From: Podarcis filfolensis | Taxonomy: Eukaryota | Length of the DNA: 64,000 nucleotides | Reading direction: 5' to 3' (one strand) | Assembly (NCBI GenBank): GCA_964270895.1 | Contig: OZ185443.1 | In this document: positions 26,903 through 40,055 of the stretch, piece by piece | Layout: the number at the start of each line of letters is the position of its first letter | Numbering within the stretch: position 1 is the first letter of the stretch | Position numbers and translations under genes: made by a program | Notes under the pieces: model-generated | What the model saw: the letters and a program-made list of their open reading frames with translations, nothing else | Database searches by the model: none | What the model was told of the DNA's origin: nothing

Positions 26903-27573
26903 GTAGGCTGAATTGCTTTATACTCTGAATATTAAAAAGGTCACAGTGTAATATTTTCTGATCTCTTTAGAGGTTTTAACTTATTTTATTATTTAAATTG
27001 TTTTGCACTTGGTATTTATCTTGCAATGGCATGGATAAACAAAATGGAAATAGGCCTGCAATGAGGAGGGGTGGAGTTCTTCTTGTCTGGATAAGGAAAA
27101 ATAAGGTCCCTAGTAGCCAAAGCATAAACAGTAACAACCCAGAATATAGCAAACAATAGATATAGATATTACAACACTAAATATCTTTGCTTCCCATGGG
27201 TAAACTTGTGGGAGAGTAGCAAGTCAAAATAACTCTTTTGGTTAACAATTTTAGTAGGTTCCGTTGTGTAACTGAAGTTGACAAAAGAGTACCTTGCTCA
27301 GGAGCAATAGATCTTGCAAGTTTGATTTGAGGAGGACAGAGGGGAAGAGAATCCATTTGGCAGAATAGTTGCTATTTAAATTCAGGTGGTGCTTTGGATC
27401 TACTACCATGACCTGATTTAAATGAAATGCAGGTATCAGGAAAGCATACCTGGGGCCCATAGTTGCAAAAAAATTACTATCAGGTGGATTGGTGTTGGTT
27501 TTTTTAAGTGGTCCTTTAAAGAGAATGCTCAGCCAATGTGTTCTTTTTCTTTAATGTTTGCTCCATTTTAAAG

Positions 27574-28431
27574 GTGGAAATGTTAGAGGATACTTTGCAT
27601 TACACAAAACGTCAGGAGACCTCTTCACCACTTGCAGCTTAGACAGAGAAACTGACAGCAACTTTACCCTGGTTATTGAGTGTTTCGACTTGGGCAGTCC
27701 ACCAAAAAGCTCGGTGACCCAGCTGCATATCAAAGTCCTGGATGAAAATGACAACAGTCCCTTGTTTGCAAGAAACCAGTATCAAGTGTCAGTGAGAGAA
27801 GATATTGGAGAACGGTCAGCAGTTCTTGAACTTTTTGCAGCAGATGCAGATGAGGGTCCAAATGGTGAGGTCACATACTCTCTCACAGAGGACATCCTTG
27901 GAGCCTTCACCATTGACAGGATTACTGGTGTGATATTTACTACCAAACTGCTGGACCGGGAATTAAAATCTCAGTATGTATTTAAGGCTTTGGCAACAGA
28001 CTCTTGCATCCTCGGACCAAGAAGCACGAGTGTTACTGTAATTGTGCATATTGAGGATCTCAATGACAATAGTCCCTTTTTCCTACAGAATCCTGTCATT
28101 GTTCATGTATCTTCTCACACACCTATAAATCAGACATTGGCTACTGTGAGAGCCAGCGATGTTGACCTAGGACTAAATGGAGTTGTGAATTTTAGGTTCC
28201 TGAAACCACAAACCATGTTTCAGATGGGCCCAAGCACGGGAGAAATTTTTCTTCGAGAACCTGTACCTCATGAAGGCCTCGTTTCACACCTCCTGATAGT
28301 GGCTTCTGATCAAGGAGTCCCAGCTAGAACAGCAACTGCACTTTTGGCTGTCTATTCGGAAGCACAGGCAGAGATTATTTCATTCAGCCGTACTGAATAT
28401 GAAGCAGCAGTTCCTGAAAATAGTGAAATAG
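27574..28431 (+). CDS. DCHS2: DCHS2 internal exon, 858 nt (phase 1 to 1)
   Basis: ttaaag|GT acceptor, ATAG|gtgggt donor; within ORF 27558-28544; LDRE, DENDN, DLNDN motifs. Confidence 0.92.
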
Positions 28432-29781
28432 GTGGGTACCTAGTCATGATCTTTGTTTATGTTCTACAGCCAAAAATGTGTCGTTGTGGGAGTTTCTGTA
28501 AGGGACATGAAGAACCTCTTACAGCAAATGCAGTCATGAGTTAATTATTGATATTTGAATAGGAATTTTATGTTCTTGAGGACTGAGTCTGAATGGAATC
28601 ATGCCTGAGTTGTTGCTCAGGCATCTTATCTTATTTTTCTGTTCTGTGTGTGTATACTGTGCATTCTAGATGAAGAAAGGTGTTGCATCAGACACAGACT
28701 CCAATTTTAAGTACTGAACATGGTGGGAGTTGTGTTCACACAAACCAGGTGAGAAATAAATTAGGCTGCATAACTGCCTGAGCTCATGCAATCATGGTTT
28801 AATGTTACTGTGTAATCAGCAGGTGTACCTATGAACAAAAAAAGTGGGGGGATCTTGTATTATTTAAATAACCTAGTTGATAGGAGGTACAATTTTTATC
28901 GTACCTTTTGCTGCGCAAGTTTTAGTACTTGGGGAAATTATTTGTTCAGTGTTTTTCCATTGACAGCCTGTCTAAGCTTTAATTGGAGCTAGTAGTGTTG
29001 GTCATCTAGAAAAGTGGTAGTCAGTGAAGGCCCTTCTTATGATTTCTAGTTTGTAAATATATTTCACTTTCTCTGTTAAATGCAGTAATTTTGTTTTGCA
29101 TTTCTATACATCAGTTGAGCACAACATTTGCTTCATATTGCCCATACCTGCCTGAATCAGCAGACTGTCTGTGAGTTTGTTCATTTTGAAACAAGGTGCT
29201 ATTAACTGGGATTTCCAACTTCTTGATTGCAGAGATCTGTGGTTCTTTAATCTCTGTGCATGTGTGTGGTGAAAATGTATGGTGCTTTCCTAAGCTCAAT
29301 GCTAACAGCATTCTCTCACAAATGATTCCCCCCCCCACCTTTCATGGTTTTTTTTAAAACAAGGCTCTTAGTAAATATGCATGTGATTATTAAAATTCAA
29401 TGAGATAATCTGTTATTGAAATGGTCTGTTACAAATATGGCTTTGTAAGGGGTGTAGTTTGACATTATGGAAATTCCCTAAGGCGTTGTGGTAAGAGAAT
29501 AGAAACAGCCTGCTGCTAAATAGTAATAAACATAAATAAGAATAAATTTGGATAGTTTTGATTAAAGCACACTGAGGGAATATTTAGAGTGGAAATGTGG
29601 GAGTCTGCCTGCTTTAGCTTGGGAATTGGCTCTTGGAGAGAAACAGTTTGCAGGATAGGATCTAGAAGTTCTTCTGTAGAGATTTAGACTTTTTATTTGC
29701 TCTATTTTGGTTTGCCCTCATTAATATGGGAAACCAAAAGGGAGAAAGTCAGCATTTAGATGTGCGGGGTATGAATAATAA

Positions 29782-29823
<42 letters not shown>
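29782..29823. repeat. (ATT)14 microsatellite
   Basis: Read directly from the sequence. Confidence 0.95.
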
Positions 29824-30081
29824 TATTAAAAAGATTGGGTGGGCAGCAGAGGAGATTTTTTTTGGGGGGGGGGAGAGACTATAGCTTTTCTGAGGAAACC
29901 AGAACCTTAGTCTGTCAAAAAGGCACACTTTAACCACGGAATGAGCCAGAAGAAGACGTACAAGATGCCATCCAACCATCTTAGGGACTCCACTCTGGAT
30001 TTGTGTAGGGTTTCCTCCTTAAGCTTTTCATCTCCCAAAGCTGTTCAGCATGGAAATTAACAGGCAAGGTAACATTAGGGA

Positions 30082-30953
30082 AATGGTCTTACCATCAGCC
30101 TGACAAAGACCAGCATTCTGGGTGAGGTTGTCGCCAGCACTCCATGCGTCAGCATTAGTGGCCAGACACTTGAGACGGTAGGTGATTTTGTTTACCTGGG
30201 CTCCACCATAACCTGCGACATCTCCATTGATGCTGAGCTAGAAAAGTGCATCGGCAAGGCAGCTGTGGCAATGGCTCGGCTCTCCAGAAGGGTATGGGAA
30301 AATGTGATGCTAATGTCCAATACCAAGATGAATGTCTACCAGGCTTGTGTGTTGAGCTCACTGCTTTATGGAAGTGAGCCGTAGGCAACTTACAGCCATC
30401 AGGCATGGCACCTCAATGCCTTCCAAATTCCCTGTGGCAGGAGGATTTTGGGTATCACATGGCAGGGCAGAGTTTCAAACAAATATGTGCTTTTACAAGG
30501 CCGTATCGCCTAGCATGTTCACACAACTGTCTCAACAACGTCTATTCAGGCTTGGTCATGTCTACAGAAGATGGCAGGATCCCCAAGGATGTGCTCTATG
30601 GGAAGCCAACTTCAGGCACCAGGCCCATTGGCAGACCAACTGTATCACAAAGATGTCTGCAAATGTGACAACATCTACCCTGCCATGTGTGAATCCCTTG
30701 CAGACAACAGCAGTGCCTGCAGACAGACAGTCAGGCCATGTAGCCATAGCAGTGACCAAAGGAGGAATGACTGCTGGGGGGCGTCCAGAGAGTAGAAACG
30801 CCATGGTGCATCTGCAGTAGCACAACCAGATGTCTTCATCTGCCCCAGCTGCAACAAAACATGTCTAGAGCAACAGCAGGTCCTGCAACCTTCCAACAGT
30901 TGGACCTCACTCCCAACTCCTCCATTGTCTCCCAAGACAGACAGATGCCAACA
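30082..30953 (+). mobile_element. 5'-truncated RTE-clade LINE (RT C-terminus), defective
   Basis: Translates GLTISLTKTSILGE...DFVYLGSTI...IGKAA...KMNVYQACVLSSLLYGSEP* (TAG where W is expected), then frameshifted PKDVLYGKPTSGTRPIGRP and FICPSCNKTC; ends ...gacagacagatgccaaca. Confidence 0.85.
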
Positions 30954-33169
30954 TGTGATCTTTCACACAACATAAAAGTCAATTCTGGAAAACTAGAAGA
31001 ATCCAGCAGGTTATTTGCTTCCAGAAAAAAAAAAACATTGCAACCCCATTAACCTGGAAAAATTGCATGCATTGTAATTTCATGTGATGACATTTAAATT
31101 TAGTGTGATGTGGTGATATATTGATCAAAAAGCCACTGTTTTACAACACAACAGGTGATGCAGCTTAAAAGGAACATTTGAATCTGGGATAAAAGCACGA
31201 GTATTATCAGGAAAATGCATTAATCACCACATCTGAATGTACCCTATTTCATTTTTGTCTGAAAGTTTCTATTATGTGATAGTGCGAGACTCTAAGAATG
31301 TAGTTGCAATGACTCTGACCAGCAATCAGAACTTCAGTTCCCATGATTAATTTCGGCTTTTGAATACCTGTTAGTTCCACCTTTTTACTTCTGTAGAACT
31401 TCAAATCATTCCTGCTTTGCTTAGAACTTCTCAGAAGCAGCTGAGCCCTTGCAATAACATCATGTGTAGTTTCTACGTGGATATTGTTGCTTCTGTGGCC
31501 AGGTAGGCAGCAAATAACAAGGCAGTTAACATTTCCTTTGTTCCTGTTTTTAGAAATTGCAGTGTAAAGTACAAACATGAGAATTTTGTACTAGCATCAA
31601 GCCAAACTATAGAGATGGTATGTTCCTGACCCCTGGGTCTGTTTGTATTTACAGAATGTTTCCTGTAATATAATAAAATCTCATTTGGAAAAGGTCAATA
31701 TACAGTAACCTGAATCCATCACAACTGATTAAAATCAATTGCCATGTTACAGAATTGGTTTCACAAGTGGCTAAAATTCCCATAGCTTTAATCTTGTTAG
31801 ATCTTGAGGAAACCTTAACAACAAAAACCTATGTTGGTAACTGTTTTCTAAACTTAATCACAGTTAGATGTGATGTGTTTGGTTAGGATAATGCCTCGTG
31901 TTTTGTTTGTTCTTCCTACTTTTGCTACAAACAGAATGGTTGTTTATTTCATGCCTTTTGCTATGATAGATCAGTTCTCTTCTGGATTCGGGATCTCAAT
32001 GAACAACGGTATACTCTCTTTGATGTTAATAACAAACTGTGCAAATCTTTGTGAAACATCTTGAGGCTAATTCTTGCAACACTAAAAAACGTGTAACCCA
32101 CTGAAATGTTTGACTTTTTTCTTTGACCAGCTTGAACACCCCTTTCACCCAAAACGTATCACAAAATGACTTTGAAATACCTCATTTTCAAAAGGCATTT
32201 GCCATGTGGTATATGGTGGTGGGGGTCTTCTGTTTGGGAGAAACTTAAGTAAATGTATTTAGTTTGGTTCTTTGAAACATGACTATATTTTGGTTTTTTA
32301 AAATTGTTTGTTTATTTGGGTTTTTCCTTTCTTTTCCTCAGTAGTGCTGTGAGAAACATTTTCTTTCTTTTAAGAAAGAAAGCATAGGGCTGCTTAAGAA
32401 ATCAGGGGCCGCAAGCTTCCTTCAAAAGGACCAGTTAGTCTTAATGTTGTAGCAGACGTTATGCAAGGTACTTGTTGCACAAATTAGGTGACAGTGAGTA
32501 ACTTTTTGAAACGAAGAACAAGCTGGATTTGAAGCAGACACCAGAAAACAAGCAAGATCAGGTTGTTTAGAACATCATACAAATTTTGCTCTATATTTTT
32601 GATTCTAAATGACCTGGTCTTGCTTGTGGATCATCACTAGTGCATTGTGAAACTACCATTCTTTCATATTGACTTTGGAACATTCCCTCTACTCTACTGG
32701 TACATTCGCATGCATTGATTAAACATGGTACAAAATTGAAATCTTTGTCTGATCATTACCTTGTGCCCTCGTGTGTTCCTCTATCCCTACAATCATGTGT
32801 TTCAACATGCTGTCTTTCAGCACAGGATGCTTGCACATACTCACAAAGAGAAGGGAGGCAAGGAGAAATGAAAGGAAATAAATCTGCAACAAACTGGGGA
32901 TGTGAATTAATTTTAGCACTTCCCCATTTTAAATTGGAAAGAAGGAAGATAAGCAGAATACAGGGCCAGATGAACTCACAGATCAACAGAGGAATAGATC
33001 CAGGGAAATACTCCCATTCCTGCTGCTTATGTACTGTAATTTTTTTTTTGGGGGGAAATGCTATTATGACATCCTTGTCCAAATTTCTGTCTAAAGTTTT
33101 GGCTGCTGCACCTCAAAAAGGATATTGTAGAACTGGGAAAGGTTCAGGAATGAGCAGCCAAAATGATAA

Positions 33170-33500
33170 AGGGGGCTAGAGCATCTCACGTATATGACAA
33201 AAGGTTACAAAGTTTGAGGTTTATGGAAAAGGTAAGGGGGAGCATGATAGTGCTTTATAAAATTATGCATGGTGTGGAGAAAGTAGATAAAGAGGACCCC
33301 CCCCCATTTTTATCATTTCTCATGATAAAAGAACCAGTGGTCTTCCAATGAAACTTAACCTTGGGAGACCCAGGACAGACAAAGTGAAGTACTGATTCAT
33401 GCAGCGCACAGTTAAACTATGGGATGTTGGGATAGCCACCAACATGGGTGTCTTTAGAGGGGGGGTTAGACAAATTCATGACTTTTAATGGTTACTAGTC
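33170..33500 (+). mobile_element. CR1 LINE 3' fragment
   Basis: ...YKIMHGVEKVDKE-like coding remnant, then ggacagacaaagtgaagtac...cagttaaactatggg typical of the CR1 ORF2 end. Confidence 0.75.
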
Positions 33501-34039
33501 GTGGTGTCTATATTGTACGCAGTATCAGATGCCATATGTCTCTGAATATTACTTCATGAAGATCATGAGCAGGAGCATGCTGTTGTGCTAATGTCCTGCT
33601 TGTGGCCACTTGACTGACCACTGTGAGAAGAGAGTGCTGAATGAGATAGGCCTCTGGCTCTCATTAAGTTCTTAAGCATAACTGTGTCCTGTTCTTAGAA
33701 TAAATGAGTTCCACACCCCAGTGCAATATTCGATGCTCTCCAATGCCTTCTGCAGTTTTAGACCACTTTCTTACACAGTCAAAATGTGGATTGGTAATGT
33801 TCATGAATTAGTGTGATGAATAGGTTTGACCGGTTGGTGAGGCTGACAAGAGCTGTTCTAGAGAACAGAATAATACCTGTCATTATTATATGACTATATA
33901 AACAACGTGCAAAAATTCTCCAGATAGGAGACGGATGGCTAAACTTTCATAGTTCAACCTCACATGGAATAAATTAATAACTGGTTAAGATAAAATCTTT
34001 CCAAGTTTTAGTCACTGCAACATATTCTTGTTTTTCTAG

Positions 34040-34150
34040 GCACCTCTGTTTTCACTGTGGCTGCATATGACCGTAGTCTGATGGGAAAGAATTTAAAACA
34101 CACAATCATCGGTGAACATGGAGATATTTTCTACATCCATCCCATCATGG
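34040..34150 (+). CDS. DCHS2: DCHS2 internal exon (phase 1 to 1)
   Basis: tttctag|GC acceptor, ATGG|gtaaat donor; TSVFTVAAYDRSLMGKNLKHTIIGEHGDIFYIHPIM; needed to bridge ...VPENSEIG to GDITVK... Confidence 0.82.
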
Positions 34151-34519
34151 GTAAATCAGCCTATCTATCTGCATCTGTACTAAAACCATTTGAGGCTTTT
34201 GTAAAATATTTTCCACACTTGAATTATGATTGCTTTTGTATAAACATTATCTCAGTGGTTAGTGTTAGTTTATTTAAGTGCCAGTGGAAGCTGGCTTTTG
34301 GCCTTTAAATTTAACAAAGATGTGTTTGCTAAAATCAAACTTTCTTAGGATTGCTTTTCTACAAAACGAATTCAGGGCCTGATTCATTCTTCCATGGTAA
34401 TATTAGCGGCGGAACTGAGATCTGAAACATTATTTACTTGCCCTAGGTGAGAAAATGATCAGAATAGATTTTCACAAAGCTATCCTCTGAAACAAGGTTT
34501 ATTTTTGCTAATAGTAACA

Positions 34520-34970
34520 CACTTTGTTGTTTGGTCGTTTAGTCATGTCCGATTCTTCGTGACCCCATGGACCAGAGCAGGCCAAGCACCCCTGTCCTCC
34601 ACTGCCTCTCGCAGCTTGGTCAAACTCATGCTGGTAGCCTCGAGAACATCATCCAACCATCTGTCGTCCCCTTCTCCTTGTGCCCTCCATCTTTCCCAAC
34701 GTCAGGGTCTTTTCCAGGGAGTCTTCTCTTCTCATGAGGTGGCCAAAGTATTGGAGCCTCAGCTTCAGGATCTGTCCTTCCAGTGAGCACTCAGGACTGA
34801 TTTCCTTAAGAATGGATAGGTTTGATCTTCTTGCAGTCCATGGGACTCTCAAGAGTCTCCTCCAGCACCATAATTCAAAAGCATCAATTCTTCGGCGATC
34901 AGCCTTCTTTATGGTCCAGCTCTCACTTCCATACATCACCACTGGGAAAACCATAGCTTTAACTATATGG
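34520..34970 (-). mobile_element. Bov-B (RTE) LINE, 5'-truncated 3' end
   Basis: ORF 34649-34954 MVFPVVMYGSESWTIKKADRRRIDAFELWCWRRLLRVPWTARRSN...YFGHLMRREDSLEK is the Bov-B ORF C-terminus; (caa)n-type tail; possible 7-bp TSD agtaaca at 34513-34519 and 34971-34977. Confidence 0.93.
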
Positions 34971-37303
34971 AGTAACAGCCAGTTGTTAGCTTTCAGGTGT
35001 CATCCTTTCTATCACGTAGGGAAGGGGTAGGAAACCTCAGGCCCAGGGCAAATGCAGCCCTCCAGGCATCCTCTGTCTGACCCTCAGGATCCTCACTTGG
35101 TTATGTTCCCTCCTCAAGCTACATCCCCTACTGGTCCTGCCTGCTCTGCAACTCCTCAAATGTTTCTGCCTGACTAGAATATGGCCTTGATCTGTGATAA
35201 TACCAGCTGTTTTCCTGGGTGGAGGTTGCAGTTTAGGTTCAGTATGTTTCTCATCAGAAAGAAAATTCATCGAACATCAATTGTGATCAGGCAAAGTGAT
35301 TGCAAACTTCACATCAATTTTAATTAGCCAGCTTTAATGTGACATTTTTCATATTTAACTTCAACAGTGTTGCAAATATGGATGTGAAAAGGGCTGTAAA
35401 CATTTTTGTATATTTGTGGAAAATCCATTGAAACATAAAAGTATGTATTTTTAAAAGATTTTTACATAAACCATCCACTGGCTAGGTTTTATGAGTAAAG
35501 TCGCTGTGTGCTAAATGAATACCATCTGATAGCTGAAAAGAACTTCCTTCTGGCTGTGGAAAGAGATCTACTGCTTAGTTAAACCTCAAGTATGTTTTTA
35601 ATAATCAATTATTTTATTAACATGACTGTCTCATTTAATCTCAATCAAGTACGCATTTGGGAACGTTTACATAAGATGTTTTCAACAACTGGATTGTTAA
35701 TAGAGGAGAGTCAAGCTATATGTCTGTCTCTCTGTGTGTACACAATGTTTACTTGTGCTGGCAGAATAATCATAGCCAACCCAAGATCCATTTCCATTGG
35801 GATGATTCTGAGGCATGATTAGAGAGATGGAAGCTTATAGGTGCTCAGTGCCACTATTTGCATGCATATACAGCCTCATCCTGTACTTTGCTGTGCAGTA
35901 AAGCCTTGATTAGCATGTGGCACCAGGGTACCAGCATGTGTACTATAGGAACATAACTGAATTCTTCTTGACCAGGATACTGCTGTGCCTGCAATCCAGC
36001 ACAGGGAAGCCCCTGTTGGAGATTCATTCCCCGTGTCTGCAGTCATAGGATTGTTGTCTACCACATGTCAGTGTATGTTTTCATTCCACAGTGTGGGAAG
36101 TGACAGACAGGATGTTTGTGTTACTGTGTTCCGTGAAGTGGGACTATTGTCCTTTGTTCTCTCTCTGAAGTCTGATGAGAACGAGCGAAGTCAGAATGCT
36201 CCGAGTGTATTATATGTAAATAAACGTAGATTAGCCAAAATGCTGTGCTATTGGTTCTGTTACACAAACTGCAAATACTCTGCAGATCCGTAAGTGTGCA
36301 TCAGTCGCTGTGATGTTCAGGTTGGAGAAAGCTTTTGAAGCTCCCAAATGACCGACCAGGAGGGAGAGATCATGCCAGTCAGGCGTGTGTCTCTACCAGG
36401 GTCCTACACAAGAGTAGAACACTCCTAACAGCCCCCAGCATCCAAGTGGTTTTTCAGGGGAGGTGGGAGAGAAGAGGCACGGCCACAGAAATCCTAAGTC
36501 CATTCTTGCATTTCAGCTGGCAGAACTTAGTGGTAAGGTTTATCGGGGTTCTTTATAAGTACTCTGCTTTTTTAGGATGTTCCTTTAGGAAGCCTCTGCT
36601 TATTAGAGTAAGATCAAGCTATCCAGCCCCAGTTCTCCGTTTGATTGCTCCAGGAAGTAAACTTGTCAGCAAGTTGCAAACCAGATGCTGTGTAAGTTCC
36701 AACAATGCACAGTTTTTGATACTTTTATGAAAAGATAAAAAATTAATGTGGTTGAATCTAGACTTCACCTACTGCAGACAGAAAGAGTCATTCCGTCCAT
36801 GGGAGGCATTTCATCCAGTGGAGGGAGTCCCACTAGTTGGAGGAGGGAAGTAACTCTTGCCAATTCTCCCATTCCTTGGCAGCTCCCAGTGTCATTTAGC
36901 CGAGGAGGAGAGAGGACTTCGGAAAAGTTGTTTCCCACCTCCCCTACCCATGCCAGCATACAAGCACCAGGAACATAACTGTGTTCAGGGGGTGCTGATA
37001 GAAGGGAACTGTGGACCCAACCATTGATACAAAGAAGAACAAAGTGTTAAGACTCCTCGTTGTTTTCACTGTGACAGACAAAGAGGGAGATGTAAAAATT
37101 CTTGTTATGATGCACAGTTCCCTATCAGTTCTGTTCCTTCTCTCACCTGTAGTCTGATGTGGCACAGCCCATAGTTTTATTACCATGGTGAGAAGTAGGC
37201 CTAAAAGCCAGGTCACATACAAAATTCATGCTGCAGATGTTGGCTAGTGGAAACATCAGTAGCTGTAGAGTATGATACCTGGGTCCAAGGTTATGGTCTA
37301 AAG

Positions 37304-37441
37304 CAGCCTCTCTCAACCTGTGGGTCCCCAGATGTTGTTGAACTACAACTCCCATCACCCCTAGCTAGCAAGGCCAGAGCTCAGGGATGATGGGAGTTGT
37401 AGTCCAACAACATCTGGGGACCCACAGGTTGAGAACCGCTG
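37304..37441. mobile_element. Short palindromic hAT-like MITE, 138 bp
   Basis: Arms of about 54 bp: cagcctctctcaacctgtgggtccccagatgttgttgaactacaactcccatca versus the reverse complement of tgatgggagttgtagtccaacaacatctggggacccacaggttgagaaccgctg; no matching 8-bp TSD. Confidence 0.8.
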
Positions 37442-38243
37442 GAAGCATGACAGGTTTTGCAGAAGCTTAGCAGGACTGGGTTTGGTCCATTTCCCAGATG
37501 GGAGTCCTTTGTATACCACCTTGAATATCATGCTGGAATAAATGCAGTACATAAATAAGGAGTTTTCTTCAAATACCCATTATGCAATCTTGATGCAAGG
37601 GTAATATAGAAAAGAACGTGCAAATGATAAAATAAGACATCAGAAAAACTGGCAGTGGGTCATTAATTAGGCCTTTTAAACGCAGCCTCCTTCACAGAGA
37701 GAGCTCTAAACTGTACCCATTGCATTGGTAGTGGCATAGACAAATATTTGTGGCAGAAGGGTAGGATTGTCCTGCCTTGTAAATGTTGGCTTCTGGGGTA
37801 GTAAGAATTCACCAAGACAAGTGTGTGCCACCAGCCCTCATCTGGACGTCTTCCACTAGCCTTTCTTTGGCTGCTGTGGATCCTGAATTGGACTAATAAA
37901 AAGCAGATGCAGTCCCACTTTAATGTAGATTGCTTGGTTAGATTGCTTTTATTAAGATTCTCTAAAAAATAAAGAATAAAAATTGCTTTTTGCCAAATTG
38001 CCATTATGGTTTTCATTTTTTCTGCACTTTTTAGTGGGTGATTGAAGTGAAGGAAGAAACTCTAGATCTACAATTTAAAGTGGTTAAAATAGATAATCAG
38101 GCATGCAGTTGTCTTCTCTTTCATTCACAAATTTCTTTACCTTGTTTACTTATTTTTAATGTAGAATGCACTGCTGTTTTAACTATGTATGTATATTCCT
38201 GAATATATAACAGACATCTGTTTGATTTCATCAAACAAAACAG

Positions 38244-38455
38244 GTGACATCACAGTAAAACGAGCTGAATTTCTTGACTATGAAGTGAGGAAAAAAGTAC
38301 ATTTTGCAGTCTTAGCTGGAAATGGCTTAACTTCAGCGGTGTGTGGGGTGACAGTATTTATACAGGATGTGAATGATAATGCACCTCAATTTGAGCAAAA
38401 CTATTTCAAAACATCAGTGTGGGAAGGTCAAGTCTACAACACATACATCATGCAG
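38244..38455 (+). CDS. DCHS2: DCHS2 internal exon (phase 1 to 0)
   Basis: aaacag|GT acceptor, GCAG|gtaacc donor; DITVKRAEFLDYE...QDVNDNAPQF...YIMQ. Confidence 0.88.
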
Positions 38456-39299
38456 GTAACCTCAAACATGTTTAAACTATATTTGTCTGAAGTTTCCCTT
38501 CTTAATGTATTTTTTTTCGTCCACTTTTATCATCATTACAAACCAGTCATTACAAACCAGTTAATTTATCTAACCAAACTCTACAGATTGACAGGACCAT
38601 TTGAAATACCTATTTTGGGTTACTCCTCTCAATTTTTTAATGCATCCTTTCTCGAAGGAGTCCCTGGTGGCTGAACATTCTGTCTCTTTTTGGGCAAGAG
38701 GAGAGAGGGAGAGCGCTCATCTTGGTGGGACAAAAAGAGGAAATGTAGATCTTGTAAAGAAAATGAATGTAAATTTCAGTTCTGAAGTATGCAGCACTGA
38801 TCTGCAACAAGGAGCAATAAAAACAACTGTGGTCGCTACAAAATCAAGAAAGCCATATGAGGAACATATATGAGAAAACATGGGTCTTACTTGAATTCAA
38901 AACTGGAACCAGCATTTAGGAAGCCATGGGACTCCATGCACACACTCACTACCAACACTTGTAATTTTCCCTGCTGTTCTAAGTATTCAGATCCTTCCCC
39001 ATATGCAAGGCAAGCTACTGCATATGACATTGCAGCAGCCTTAAGGATGAGGGAACATTGACCCATGTATGGATTATCCCACACTGAGAATAAGTTTCAT
39101 TGGCTGTAATCCAACACCTTCTGAACTCTACATGCACCTATTGTCACATACGTGGGAAAATAATACGTTCGGCCAATAGAAGCAAAGTTGCAACACAAAC
39201 AAACTGCAGCAAGCGCCACATGTGCATCCGATATCCATTTCTACTCCAGCATGTAGAGCTAAGTGCCTTAGCATAAGGATGGGTTTTCTCTCCATACAG

Positions 39300-39451
39300 A
39301 TCTACGCGACAGACGATGACGCTGGACTTAACGGAGAAATTGAATATTCCATTTTATCTGGCAACACAAATGAAGCATTTCTTATTGATTCAGCACAAGG
39401 AATTATATCAACAAATGCAATCCTAGACCGTGAAGACATTCCATCATATAG
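39300..39451 (+). CDS. DCHS2: DCHS2 internal exon (phase 0 to 2)
   Basis: atacag|ATC acceptor, ATAG|gtttgt donor; IYATDDDAGLNGEIEYSI...LDREDIPSY. Confidence 0.9.
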
Positions 39452-40024
39452 GTTTGTTTATAACAAATACAAGATCTATAGCTGGTGTGAGTTTTGTTTG
39501 TGTGGGGTGGAAGGGAGGAAGGGGTTGTTGGGTCAAGTTAGCCATATCAATTCATATGCTGTCAGTGGGTTCTTGTTGTTATCTTGTTGGGCTGTTTATG
39601 TAATGAAGGGGAAGCACACGGGTGAAGGTGTCCTCCTTTAATTTGTCTTCCTTTAATTTAGTTTCAGTTTGTTGGTTAGGTTTTCTAGTAAGGCTGCGTC
39701 CTATACTGTTTGCTACCAGTGGTCCATGTTTACTCCTGACAAGTCCCTCCAGTTTCTAGCTATGATGCTCCTGGCTGCTGAGAGTAGGATGTTATAAGCT
39801 CTTTGTAGTGTGAGTGTGCATTATTGTATTGGAAAATATTCAATAGGGCTATGAACTTTGCTTTTTCAAAGTTCAAATGATCTCCTCTTTCACCTACACA
39901 ATAAACTTGGGTGGAAATGTTAAATGTTAAGAGCTTCAGAGGGAACTGCTGACAGAAGCTTAAATTTAAATGCCTTGAATATAACGTTGGTTGTTTTTTT
40001 TAAATGAAAGTTGGTGTGTGTGGA

Positions 40025-40051
<27 letters not shown>
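40025..40051. repeat. (TG)13 microsatellite
   Basis: Read directly from the sequence. Confidence 0.93.

Positions 40052-40055
<4 letters not shown>

Noticed and set aside
30368-30935. 150-aa and other ORFs
   Set aside because: Alternative frames and fragments of the defective RTE LINE.
32715-33351. 154-aa and neighbouring ORFs
   Set aside because: No recognisable motifs; intronic, and the 3' part is a CR1 remnant.
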